A DNA stretch of 64,000 bases from contig CALSNU010000002.1 of NCBI GenBank assembly GCA_943787795.1, forward strand, positions 192,001-256,000, given 5' to 3'. The notes beneath the pieces are model-generated. The model worked only from the letters and a program-made list of their open reading frames with translations. It was not told the DNA's origin and did not search any database. How positions within the stretch are numbered: the first letter of the stretch is position 1; each line of letters starts with the position of its first letter. Shown here piece after piece: positions 9,999 through 19,315 of the stretch. Source of the DNA: an uncultured bacterium. GTDB lineage: Bacteria > Planctomycetota > UBA1135 > GCA-002686595. A program made the position numbers and the translations under genes.

Positions 9999-11597
9999 TC
10001 AGCGCGCGCTCTGGCGGGCCGCCTTCTCCACGAGCTCGAGGAACCGCGCCACCTTCTCGTCGCTCTCGTATTGCAGCGACGCCTTCAGCAGCGGAATGGC
10101 CTCCGCGTAGCGCTTGCGGCTGACCAACAGCTCCCCGTGGAGCTTGGTGGCCTTGGCCTCGAAGCCAGTGATCTGCGCGGCCGTCCCATAGCGCAAGAGG
10201 GCCTCTTCGAGGCGCTCCGCATCGGCCAGAGCCTGGGCGAGGAGGATCAGCGCGTCGCCGTCCATGGGGTTCTCCGCCACGATCTGCCCGAGGGTCTCGA
10301 TGTTGGTGGCGAGGTCGCCCTCACGGACCGAGACCTTGATCTTCGCCATGCGCAGGCGATAGCGCTCCTGGTCGGAGAGGCCGTCCGCGCGGAGGCGCTC
10401 GATGCCCTCCATGAGCTCCTTGGCCGGCCCCAGCTCACCGCGCCGGATCATCTTCTCCAGCGACGTGATGGCTCGACCGGGGCTGGCGGAGGCGAACCCG
10501 TCGAGGGCTTGCAGGTAGTGCTCGACCGCGAGCTCCACCTGGCCCTGGTTGCTGTAGATGTCCGCGAGCAGGTTCAGCACGCCCTCATCCGCCTCACCCA
10601 GGCGCGTCATGATGGCGAAGCACTCCGCGGCCTTCTCGAAGTCCTGGAGACCAGACTGACACCGGCCCATCTTGCGCCAGTGCAGCGCGTTGCCCGGATC
10701 GTTCTCCGCGGCACCGGCGAAGATCCGGTAGGCCTCGGTCCAGCGCTCCTGACCCATCAGCGAGTCGCCGAGCGCGAGGCGCCACTGTAGCCCCTCGTCC
10801 GCCAGCATCATCGCCGAGCGGAAGGCGGTCTCCGCGCCCTCGAAGTCTCCGGCGCGCAGCAGGCAGCCCCCGAGCAGCCCGTAGGTGAGGCTGTCCACCC
10901 GGCCGAGCATGACGCTCTGCTTGAGCGCGCTGGCCGCCTTGTCCCACTGCTCGAGGTCGTAGTGGCAGAGGGCCAGGTTGAACCAGGCCCGCTGGAACCG
11001 CGGGTAGCCCTCGAACTCGTCGAGAGCGCGCTCGAAGGCGGCGATGGCCTGCTCGTGCCGGACCGGGTCCGCCTGATAGTGAACCTGTCCCTCCAGGAAC
11101 GGGAGCAGCGCCGAGGAGACCTTGGTCGTCTTCCTGGCGATCAGCTGGAGGGCCTTCTCCTCCTCTCCAGCCCCGATGAGCTCGATCACCTTCTGGAGGT
11201 CCTTGACATCCTCGGGGTCCACGGGCGGCTCGATGTCAGTGACCGCGAGCAGGCCGGTTGTGAACCGGCGCTGGAACGCTGTCGACGAGATGTACCCCTC
11301 CGCGATGGGCCGGTAGCGGTCGGCTCCGCTCGACGCGACCGAGGCCGTGGGCACGTCCAAGACGACCGCCTCTCCGTCCGCCTCGCCGTCCGCCGCAGGG
11401 GACTCGTCCCCCTCCTCGGCGAGGGTCGCTGAGGCCACAGCCGGGACGGCCGCGCTGACCGCGGCCGCGATGCCGAAGCGGTCGCTGGACGGGTTCGTCG
11501 GGGCCTCCGGCGCCACCGGAGCGCTGCTCGCGCAGCCGGCTGCGGCGAAGATCGCGGGAACGAAGAGGGTGAGAACGAGGCGGTTCGTGGTCGTCAT
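9999..11597 (-). CDS. TPR-repeat lipoprotein of the TonB operon
   Basis: AAAGC lipobox and multiple TPR units. The start overlaps the tonB stop. Confidence 0.85.
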   Translation of the reverse strand: MTTTNRLVLTLFVPAIFAAAGCASSAPVAPEAPTNPSSDRFGIAAAVSAAVPAVASATLAEEGDESPAADGEADGEAVVLDVPTASVASSGADRYRPIAEGYISSTAFQRRFTTGLLAVTDIEPPVDPEDVKDLQKVIELIGAGEEEKALQLIARKTTKVSSALLPFLEGQVHYQADPVRHEQAIAAFERALDEFEGYPRFQRAWFNLALCHYDLEQWDKAASALKQSVMLGRVDSLTYGLLGGCLLRAGDFEGAETAFRSAMMLADEGLQWRLALGDSLMGQERWTEAYRIFAGAAENDPGNALHWRKMGRCQSGLQDFEKAAECFAIMTRLGEADEGVLNLLADIYSNQGQVELAVEHYLQALDGFASASPGRAITSLEKMIRRGELGPAKELMEGIERLRADGLSDQERYRLRMAKIKVSVREGDLATNIETLGQIVAENPMDGDALILLAQALADAERLEEALLRYGTAAQITGFEAKATKLHGELLVSRKRYAEAIPLLKASLQYESDEKVARFLELVEKAARQSAR

Positions 11598-12280
11598 GAG
11601 TTCTTCATGTCCGGAATTTCGAAGGGGCAGCTGACCTTGTACTCCACCGGCACACCCTTCACGGTGCCCGGGAAGAACCGCCAGCCCTTGACGGTTCGCA
11701 GCACGGCGCTCTTGAGGCCGGGGCTGTTGATCTTCTTGACGCGCGGGTTCACCACCCGTCCGTTCTTGTCCACCTTGAAGATCACCACCGCGAGGGCCGG
11801 GGTGAGCTTCTTCTCCGCGGGGGACAGCTTCGCGGAGTCCTGCCGCTTCGGCTGCGGCCTCTGGTCGAGCTCGCTCGCGTCAAACAGCTGGTCGAGCCCG
11901 CCCCCCCCGCCGAGGGCCTTGGAGAGGTCGATGCTGAAGTCGCCGGCCACGGCGCCGAAGCCGGTGGCCGCGTTGGCCGCCGCCTCGAGCTGGGAGAGCG
12001 TCAGCTCCTCCACGGCGTCCTGCTCGAGCTCCGGAGGGGGCTCCTCTGGCTCCTCGGGCTCTTCTGGCTCAGGCTCCGGCTCATCCAGTACGTCCTGGGG
12101 AGGCTTCTCGGCCAGCGTATTGGCCGACCGGATGTCGGTGTCCGGGCGCTCGCCGCCCGCGATCTCGTTGATGACCGAAAGGGCGAAGAACAGCAGCACC
12201 GTCGACGCCAGGGCGCAGATCGCCACGAGCGTACGCTGGAGGGCGGCCTTCGCCGCCGCAAGTGCCTTGCGGTTCCCCAT
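11594..12280 (-). CDS. tonB: Energy transducer TonB
   Basis: N-terminal TM helix, EPEPEPEE proline/glutamate linker and a TonB_C-like FKVDKNGRV...WRFFPG domain. Confidence 0.85.
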   Translation of the reverse strand: MGNRKALAAAKAALQRTLVAICALASTVLLFFALSVINEIAGGERPDTDIRSANTLAEKPPQDVLDEPEPEPEEPEEPEEPPPELEQDAVEELTLSQLEAAANAATGFGAVAGDFSIDLSKALGGGGGLDQLFDASELDQRPQPKRQDSAKLSPAEKKLTPALAVVIFKVDKNGRVVNPRVKKINSPGLKSAVLRTVKGWRFFPGTVKGVPVEYKVSCPFEIPDMKNS

Positions 12281-12288
12281 GGGATCGT

Positions 12289-12708
12289 TCAGGCGCCCCC
12301 TTTGGTCGTCGCGATGTTCACGGTGACATTGTCGCCTGCCCGCTCGGCCTCGTCGATGACCCTGACCATCAGCCCCGCGCTCGCCTTGCGATCCGCCTGG
12401 ATGATGACGGGCATGGTGCTGTCCTCCTTGAGCTTGCGCTTGACCGTGGCCTGAACGCGGTTGACCCCGATGTTCTCCTTGTCGAAGACCACCTCACCGC
12501 TCTCGGTCACGGCGATCAGGATGCTGTTGCTCGGCAGGTCCTTGGACGAGGCAGCCTGCGGCTTGTCCACCTCGACGCCGGTCTCCTCCACGAAGACGGT
12601 CGTGACGATGAAGAAGATGAGGAGAATGAAGACACAGTCAATCAGCGGCGACATGTCGATCGTCGTCTCGGCCTCGTCGTCGCTTCCGGCGTCCTTGAAT
12701 CGTCCCAT
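12289..12708 (-). CDS. exbD: Biopolymer transporter ExbD
   Basis: IDMSPLIDCVFILLIFFIVTT motif and VIIQAD. Confidence 0.93.
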   Translation of the reverse strand: MGRFKDAGSDDEAETTIDMSPLIDCVFILLIFFIVTTVFVEETGVEVDKPQAASSKDLPSNSILIAVTESGEVVFDKENIGVNRVQATVKRKLKEDSTMPVIIQADRKASAGLMVRVIDEAERAGDNVTVNIATTKGGA

Positions 12709-12759
12709 GGTGGTTTTGGTAGTGGCTCGGCGGGGTGCTCATTGCAGCCCGCCGATGGT

Positions 12760-13527
12760 TCAGGGCGTGGTCGATGCGGCCGCGGCGGCCAGGCGCTCGC
12801 GGAGCCGCCCGGCGACCTCGCCGCGGGCAGACGCGCGCACGATCTCGCGGACCACGCGCTCGTGGTCCTCGAGCGACTTCTGGTGCCAGACCGTCTCGGC
12901 GTGGGTGAGGAAGTCCTTGTAGCGGCCAAACTTCCTCGAGAGGTAGTAGTGGAAGAAGAGGCCGGGCAGCGCGACCACGAGCCCCGTCTCCGTGGTGTAG
13001 AGCGCCTCGGAGATGCCCTCGGCGATCATGGCCATCGTCTTGTCCCCGCCGCTCCCCGCCGCCAGGGCCTTGAAGGTGGAGAGCATGCCGGTGACGGTCC
13101 CGAGCAGACCGACCAGGGGCGCCGCCCCCACGGCGATGTTCATGAGCCGGAGGTCGCGGATGAAGGGCTCGACCTCATGGGTCCTGAGCTCGTCGAACGC
13201 CGCGCTGGCGTCGACCTTGTCGGCCGCGGTCAGGCGCTCGACCTCGTCGAAGACCTCTCCGACCGCTCCCCGGCGGCCCTCCGGCTCGTGGATCCAGCGC
13301 CGCCAGGTCGCCTCGCTGATCCCGCGGAAGCCCTTGGAGCGGAGTCGGATCAGGACGCCGAAACCCAGGGCGAAGATGAACAGGGCGATCGCGGCGAGGA
13401 CGATCATGGCCCAGCCGCCCGAGAGCCAGATGTACAGGCTCGACTCCAGGGTCGACTCGGAGTCGATCCTGGCGGCGCGGGCGGCCTCCTGCAGCCGCAG
13501 GAGGAGGTTCTGGATGTGCTGGACCAC
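12760..13527 (-). CDS. exbB: MotA/TolQ/ExbB proton channel protein
   Basis: APLVGLLGTVTGM and GISEALYTTETGLVVALP motifs. Confidence 0.9.
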   Translation of the reverse strand: MVQHIQNLLLRLQEAARAARIDSESTLESSLYIWLSGGWAMIVLAAIALFIFALGFGVLIRLRSKGFRGISEATWRRWIHEPEGRRGAVGEVFDEVERLTAADKVDASAAFDELRTHEVEPFIRDLRLMNIAVGAAPLVGLLGTVTGMLSTFKALAAGSGGDKTMAMIAEGISEALYTTETGLVVALPGLFFHYYLSRKFGRYKDFLTHAETVWHQKSLEDHERVVREIVRASARGEVAGRLRERLAAAAASTTP

Positions 13528-13541
13528 CTCGGTTGTGCTCC

Positions 13542-15158
13542 TCAGGAGGCGAGCTCGGGCGCGGCGGGGTCGGTCGACGGGGCCACGTCATCCTCGGGTT
13601 CGGCAGCCGCGCTGGTCGCGGGCTCCTGCACGGGGCCGAGCATGTCACTGAGGACACGGGTCACCTCACCGCGAATCGCGTCCGGCGTCGCCGGCCCGCC
13701 GCGGTCGCCCGTGGCAGCCGCAGCTGGCCCGAACTCGTCGGACATGGCGACCTCGTTGGCGAAGCGCACCGCCGCCGACTCCATCTTCGTGGTGATCGAG
13801 CGCGCCTTGCGGGAGAGGTAGGCGTGCAGCAGCAGCGAGGGGATCGCGACGACCAGGCCGAACTTCGTCGTGATCAGCGCCTCGGAGATGCCCCCCGAGA
13901 GCTGCTTCACGTCGCCGGACCCGAAGAGCGTGATCTGCTTGAAGGTGTTGATGATGCCCGTGACCGTGCCGAGGAGGCCGAGCAGGGGCGCCGACGCCGC
14001 GCAGATCGCGATGAACGGCAGCGCGGCCTGCAGCTTGGTCTTGGTGATCAGGAGGCGCTCGTACATCACCTCCTCGATCAGGTCCCGGGACCGACCGAGG
14101 CTCGCGACACCCGCCGTGAGCATCTTGCCTGCGGGCCCGCGGAGCTCCTTCACCCGGCGCTGGGCGCTCTCCGCGTCGCCGTCCGCCACGGCGGACATGA
14201 GCGCGTTCATGGCCTTGCGACTTGGCGTCCGCACGAAGAGCAGCGTCAGCCACTTGATCACCGCGACGAGCGCCGCGAGGGCCGCCATGCCGAGGATCGG
14301 ATAGATGATGACGCCGCCCTTCTGGACGTGCTCGAGCAGCGTCTCGCGGGTGGCCTCCATCTTGTACGCGTTCCCGAGCGTGGCGTCGAAGGGGGCCATC
14401 CCGGCGCCCTTGGCCACCAGCTCCGCTGCGGCCTCCAGGTCCCCAGGCTCTGCGAACCCGCGGACGGTCGGCTCAAGGGAGCTGGCCGGGGCGCTCACCG
14501 TGCCGACGGCGAGGCCGTCCTCGGAGGCGAAGTAGGCCGTCGGCCCGAGGAGGACGAAGGTGCCGTCCTTGACGAACCCGGCGCCGTCGATGGCCTGCCC
14601 CTGCATCCGGAGGCCGCCGGCCATGTCGGTGAGGCGCTTGAAGGAGGCGTCGAGCACCCGCAGCTGCTCCGCGAAGACCTCGGCACCGCTGAGGTCCGAG
14701 GACTCCTCGGCGGCCGTGATCTCGCGCAGGAGATCCTCGTACGCCGCGAGCTCGGAGATGTGCAGCCGCGACTCGAAGTTGCGGCGGTACTCGGCGAACT
14801 GGGCGCCCAGGAAGGCGACCGCCTGCTTGCGCGCCGCGATCGAGTTACCGAGCCGGGCGAGGGCCTTGGCGCCCGCGTTCTTGTCGTTCCGCAGGGCCTG
14901 CCGCTCGGCCTCCGCGTCCAGGAGTTGGCGCTGGAGCTCGGAGACCTGCCGGCTGAGGGGGAGCTTCTCGTCGAGCGCGCGCTGGCGCAGGGCCTCGAGC
15001 TCTGCTTGCGCTGCGTCCAGGTCCTTGAGCACCCCGGCCGCGACCTCGTCGAATCGAACGTCTCGGTCCGGAGCCTCCTGGGCCTGGGCGGGAGATGAGG
15101 GCGGGGTGACCGCGACCAGGGCGCCGACGGCGACCCACTTGTTGATGTGGTGGAGCAT
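13542..15158 (-). CDS. Large MotA/TolQ/ExbB protein with periplasmic coiled-coil extension (TtpC-like)
   Basis: Signal peptide, long coiled coil, then APLLGLLGTVTGII and GISEALITTKFGLVVAIP. Confidence 0.88.
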   Translation of the reverse strand: MLHHINKWVAVGALVAVTPPSSPAQAQEAPDRDVRFDEVAAGVLKDLDAAQAELEALRQRALDEKLPLSRQVSELQRQLLDAEAERQALRNDKNAGAKALARLGNSIAARKQAVAFLGAQFAEYRRNFESRLHISELAAYEDLLREITAAEESSDLSGAEVFAEQLRVLDASFKRLTDMAGGLRMQGQAIDGAGFVKDGTFVLLGPTAYFASEDGLAVGTVSAPASSLEPTVRGFAEPGDLEAAAELVAKGAGMAPFDATLGNAYKMEATRETLLEHVQKGGVIIYPILGMAALAALVAVIKWLTLLFVRTPSRKAMNALMSAVADGDAESAQRRVKELRGPAGKMLTAGVASLGRSRDLIEEVMYERLLITKTKLQAALPFIAICAASAPLLGLLGTVTGIINTFKQITLFGSGDVKQLSGGISEALITTKFGLVVAIPSLLLHAYLSRKARSITTKMESAAVRFANEVAMSDEFGPAAAATGDRGGPATPDAIRGEVTRVLSDMLGPVQEPATSAAAEPEDDVAPSTDPAAPELAS

Positions 15159-15172
15159 GGCTGGGTCTCGCC

Positions 15173-15991
15173 TCAGTCGACCTTCACGGGGAGCTGGACG
15201 AAGGCGGCGGCGGTGTCGCCCTCCTTCATGGCAATGGCCGCCTGAATGGCCGGCGCCGCGGCGTCGTCCTGACGCCAGACGTACCCCTCGGGGCCCGGAC
15301 GCCCGGTGCCCCCGATGGTCCCGTCCTGGTTGACGTAAAAGGCAGCCGAGACGCCGAGGTACAGGACGTCGACGTTGACCGATTCGCCGTTCCCGAGCTC
15401 GCGGTTCTCGTTCGCCACGTGCACGTCCGCGTTGAACTTGTCCGCGGCGTCGAGGATCCCGGTCACGTTGACGAAGCGGCTGGAGAGGCTGAGCTTGGTC
15501 TCTGCTGGGTCCTTTGGGAGGCCCGAGACGAGCGCCGAGAAGACGTCGTTCTCACGGAGCGGCGCCGGCATCAGCGTCACCAGCCCCGCCGCGCGCTCCT
15601 CGAGGTCCCCGATCACTGCCTCGAGGGAGGCGGTCGCTGCCTTGAGCTCCCCCTCCTCGGCCTCGAGCTCGGAGGTACGCGCCGACGTGTCGTCAATCTC
15701 CCCCTTCAGAGCGTCGACGGCTGCGCGCTCCATCGCCACCTGCTCGGTGAGGATCGCGATCTGGTCGGCGAGGAACTCCTTGTCCTCCGCGAGCCGCGCC
15801 TTCTCCTTGCCGATCGCGCCCCGGAGGGTGACGTACTTCTCCATGGCCGCCCGGGTGAGCTCGACCTTCGAGTCCTGGGGCTCCTGCACCTGGGGTTGGG
15901 CCACGAGGGAGCTCGCGAGGAGCGCCGTCGCGCCGGCAAGGACCAGGGCGCCGAGGGCCCGCGGGGTGTGGTTCTGTCTGATTCGGTTCAT
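15173..15991 (-). CDS. DUF3450 family periplasmic coiled-coil protein
   Basis: Signal peptide, coiled coil and VDVLYLGVSAAFYV. Its position between the receptor and the large ExbB is typical. Confidence 0.8.
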   Translation of the reverse strand: MNRIRQNHTPRALGALVLAGATALLASSLVAQPQVQEPQDSKVELTRAAMEKYVTLRGAIGKEKARLAEDKEFLADQIAILTEQVAMERAAVDALKGEIDDTSARTSELEAEEGELKAATASLEAVIGDLEERAAGLVTLMPAPLRENDVFSALVSGLPKDPAETKLSLSSRFVNVTGILDAADKFNADVHVANENRELGNGESVNVDVLYLGVSAAFYVNQDGTIGGTGRPGPEGYVWRQDDAAAPAIQAAIAMKEGDTAAAFVQLPVKVD

Positions 15992-16026
15992 CGCACATGT
16001 CCGCCGTCCAGGCGGTTCGACTGCAT

Positions 16027-19000
16027 TCAGAAGCTGAAGTCCGCGCTGAGGCTCAGGGCGTACTCGATCCCGCGCGTGTAGGAGGTATTGGTGACGTCAG
16101 GCCCGGTGAAGTCAGATCGATAGACCTCTTCGATCGTCGGGTTGGTCAGGTTCTTCGCCTGGAGCTTCAGCGACAGGTGCTGAGAGAGCCGCTGGGTGAG
16201 GCTGAAGTTGAGGGTCCCGAACGCCTTCTGGTAGACGGCGGGGATGTAGTTGCTGATCTGGCCGACGCTGTCCCCCGTGACGAGCGTGTCTCCTCGCACC
16301 GTGTAGAACAGGCCCATCTGGGTCCCCGTGTCCGGCACCTGATAGGTGAAGTACAGGTTGTAGAGGTACTCAGGCGCGTTGGTCGCGTCGCGGGAGGTCA
16401 GGTTGACACCGAGACCGCTGAACACGTCCACCTGGTCCTGCGGGAGCTGCACCGACGAGTCGATCAGCGTCGCGTTGGCTCCGACGGAGAGGCCCTCGAG
16501 GCGCTCCCACAGGGGTTCGAGCCGCTGCCGGACCTCGAACTCGACCCCGCTCAGGCGGCCCTTGGGGTAGTTGACCGGCGTGGTAAAACCGAAGTCGAAG
16601 ACGCGCTGGATGTACTCGATGGGCTGGTCGATGTCCTTGTGGAAGTACGACAGTGAGACCAGCGATTCCGCCGTCGGGCGGTAGTCCACCCGCAGGTCGT
16701 AGTTCGCGAGCCCCACCAGCTCGAGGTTGGGGTTACCGATGAAGACCGGCCCCCCGAGGAACTCCTGCTGGAGGATCGGGACGAGCTCCTTGAACGTCGG
16801 GCGCGCCACGGTCTGGCTGTAGGCCGCGCGAACGGACCAGTTCTCGTCCACGTCATACACCGCAGCGATGGACGGCAGGACGTCGTCCTCGGTGTAGGGC
16901 TCCGCGATCTCAGCCAGGATCTCCGGCGTGAACTCCGAGACCGCGGTCCCGTCCGGATCGAAGTACTGGGCGTCCGCTCCCGGGTCGAGGCGCGTGACGA
17001 TCTCGGTGCCCTCGAGCCGGACGCCCCCGATCAGTGAGAGGGAGGCATTGATGGGCACATCGAGCATCCCGTACCACGCGTCGACGTTGAACTCGCCCTC
17101 ATAGTCGACGTCGAGATCAAACTCCTGGCTGATGGGGTGGTTCTCATTCCCCCAGTTGGAGCTCCAGAACTCATTGAAGCCGCCGGAGTAAGTGATGAAG
17201 GGCTCACCGTAGTTGCTGAAGCTCTCCTGATCGAACTCCCGGTCGACCTGGTCATCGAAGTAGCCGACCTTCAGGTAGCCCTCGTCGCCGCTCCACTGCT
17301 CGAAGGGGAGCTCCCCGTTGAGCTGGATCTGGTTGCTGTCCTCCTCGATCGTCTTGAAGATCCGCTGCAGGTTGCCCAGCGTGAAGTTGGCCGCCGGCTT
17401 GAAGGCCTCGAAGAAGGGATCGTTGACGCCCGGCGGGATCCCGAAGGTCGGGTTGCCCGGGTCATAGCTGGGTGGCCGCCAGAGGGAGCCGAACAGTCGC
17501 TTGTCGGGTTGATCGAGGTCCGCGAAGCTCGACGCGAGCTTCCAGTCGAGGATGGGCGCCTTCAGCTTGATCGAATCACCGAGCGAGACGGACTCCATCT
17601 CGAGCTCGTGGCGACCGCTGAGCTGGAGCGTTCCGGTGGTGCGCTCCGTGTACTCAAGGGACTCCGTCCTCAGGTAGGGCGCCGCGTCCGTCTCGCTCCC
17701 GTAGTTGCCCGGCCCCGCGGGGTCGTTCGGGTCGTAGCCCGGGAAGAAGTACTCCTTGCCGCGGGTGTCCTCAGCGAGGGTCGCGCGATCTTCGGCCGTA
17801 TGGGAGTAGAGGTAGTCCAGCCCCACGCTATGCCCGTCCCACTCAGCGCCGAGAGAAGCAAGCCCGCCCCACTGGACCAGCTGAGAGGCCTGGGTGACAT
17901 CGAAGAGCGACGTGACGAACTCTCCCTCGTTGACGCCGCCCTGCCCGGTTTGCGGGGTCAACCCCGGCCCGACCACGCTGTTCACCCACCAGCTGTCGTC
18001 GACGCCGTTGTCGAAGAAGGAGCTGTCCTTCTCGTAGAAGAGGCTGAGGAAGCCGCCCACCTCCACGCCGCTGTCGAGCTCGCGCCCTCCGCCGAGGGCA
18101 GTGCTGAACTTGTAGTCGGTAGGAGCGCTGGAGGGGGAGACCCCCACGGCTCCCGACCAGTTCTCCCCGAGCGGCTGGATCGGACGCTCGTCGGCCTCGA
18201 GACCGAGCGCGCCGACGCCGCCGCCGCGGTACGAGAGGAACCCGGCCTCGTTGGTGGCCTGGGTGTTGTAGCTCGTCTGGGCCGAGAAGTTGAAGATCGG
18301 CTTGTCGGGGATCCGGTTCAGCACCAGATTGACCGCCCCGCCCGAGGCGTCTCCCTGCTGGTCGGGAGTGAAGGTCTTGGAGACCTGGATGCTCTCGATC
18401 ACCGCCTTGGGAAACTGGTCCAGCTCAACGGCGCGCTTGTCCTCGTTCGCGGAGGGCAGCCGCACGCCGTTCACCTGGGAACTGACGTAGCGGTCCGGCA
18501 AACCTCGAATGACCGGGGTCGAGTCCGCCGACACCGTGGCCCCCGAGACCAGTCCGAGCGCCTCATCCGCGCTGCCCACCGAGGCCTGAGAGAGCAGCTC
18601 GCTCCCCACGGAGTCGATGAGCGAGGGCGCATTGAAGCGCAGGTTCAGCAGCCCGATCTCGCCCGCGCCGCCGAAGCTCATGGGCGGTTCGAAGACGAAC
18701 TTGTCAATCTCGGTGAAGTTGTTGGTGAGCTCCGCATCGACGATCTCCAGGGCGCCCTCCTCGAGCACGACCTCCACGACCTCGCTGCTGAAGCCGGGTC
18801 CGGAGAAGACCACCGTGTAGCTACCCGCCGCCAGGCCAGAGAAGACGTAGGCCCCGCGGGCGTCCGCCTGGGCGGACTTCCCAAGCTCGACAATCTCCGC
18901 CCGGGCGCCGGCCGCGGGCTCGTCGAAGTCGACGTCGCGGATCGTGCCCTGGATCGAAGCTGACTGCTGACCGAACGTGAAGGCTGCGGTTAACTGCAGC

Positions 19001-19143
19001 AGTACGACGGCCACCATGCAGCGGTGGGCGATGCGTTGGAGCACAGGAGGTGGGAGATTGGATGCGTCGGACCCTGACCAGGTCGCGGTGCCCCGCCGGT
19101 GACCTGCTGACACCACATCAAGCGATGGAGCGGTCCTCAGCAC
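16027..19143 (-). CDS. TonB-dependent receptor with N-terminal carboxypeptidase-regulatory-like domain (start uncertain, possibly ATG 19017)
   Basis: Plug motifs IRGLPDRY, LDQFP, SIQVSKTFTPD and GGAVN. Barrel motifs RAAYSQTVARPTFKEL, GNPNL and KNLTN. C-terminal Phe. Confidence 0.93.
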   Translation of the reverse strand: MLRTAPSLDVVSAGHRRGTATWSGSDASNLPPPVLQRIAHRCMVAVVLLQLTAAFTFGQQSASIQGTIRDVDFDEPAAGARAEIVELGKSAQADARGAYVFSGLAAGSYTVVFSGPGFSSEVVEVVLEEGALEIVDAELTNNFTEIDKFVFEPPMSFGGAGEIGLLNLRFNAPSLIDSVGSELLSQASVGSADEALGLVSGATVSADSTPVIRGLPDRYVSSQVNGVRLPSANEDKRAVELDQFPKAVIESIQVSKTFTPDQQGDASGGAVNLVLNRIPDKPIFNFSAQTSYNTQATNEAGFLSYRGGGVGALGLEADERPIQPLGENWSGAVGVSPSSAPTDYKFSTALGGGRELDSGVEVGGFLSLFYEKDSSFFDNGVDDSWWVNSVVGPGLTPQTGQGGVNEGEFVTSLFDVTQASQLVQWGGLASLGAEWDGHSVGLDYLYSHTAEDRATLAEDTRGKEYFFPGYDPNDPAGPGNYGSETDAAPYLRTESLEYTERTTGTLQLSGRHELEMESVSLGDSIKLKAPILDWKLASSFADLDQPDKRLFGSLWRPPSYDPGNPTFGIPPGVNDPFFEAFKPAANFTLGNLQRIFKTIEEDSNQIQLNGELPFEQWSGDEGYLKVGYFDDQVDREFDQESFSNYGEPFITYSGGFNEFWSSNWGNENHPISQEFDLDVDYEGEFNVDAWYGMLDVPINASLSLIGGVRLEGTEIVTRLDPGADAQYFDPDGTAVSEFTPEILAEIAEPYTEDDVLPSIAAVYDVDENWSVRAAYSQTVARPTFKELVPILQQEFLGGPVFIGNPNLELVGLANYDLRVDYRPTAESLVSLSYFHKDIDQPIEYIQRVFDFGFTTPVNYPKGRLSGVEFEVRQRLEPLWERLEGLSVGANATLIDSSVQLPQDQVDVFSGLGVNLTSRDATNAPEYLYNLYFTYQVPDTGTQMGLFYTVRGDTLVTGDSVGQISNYIPAVYQKAFGTLNFSLTQRLSQHLSLKLQAKNLTNPTIEEVYRSDFTGPDVTNTSYTRGIEYALSLSADFSF

Positions 19144-19315
19144 GCGGTGGGGAGGATTGGAGGCGGCCTTTTGTGGCCACGGGGGGGACGCTATGGCTGC
19201 CGCCTAAAGGAAGTGCAAAGCCGACCCTGCCTTCGCATCAAGCGCTCATTCAGATCGGTTCACAAACCGCGCCTGGGCCCAACAAGGGCCCCAGGCCATC
19301 CGGCGATCGCCGCGC

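Noticed and set aside
19144..19315. Possible cobalamin riboswitch or Pho box upstream of the TonB receptor
   Set aside because: No recognisable B12-box, and only a weak TTCA repeat at 10-bp spacing. This is not enough to call.
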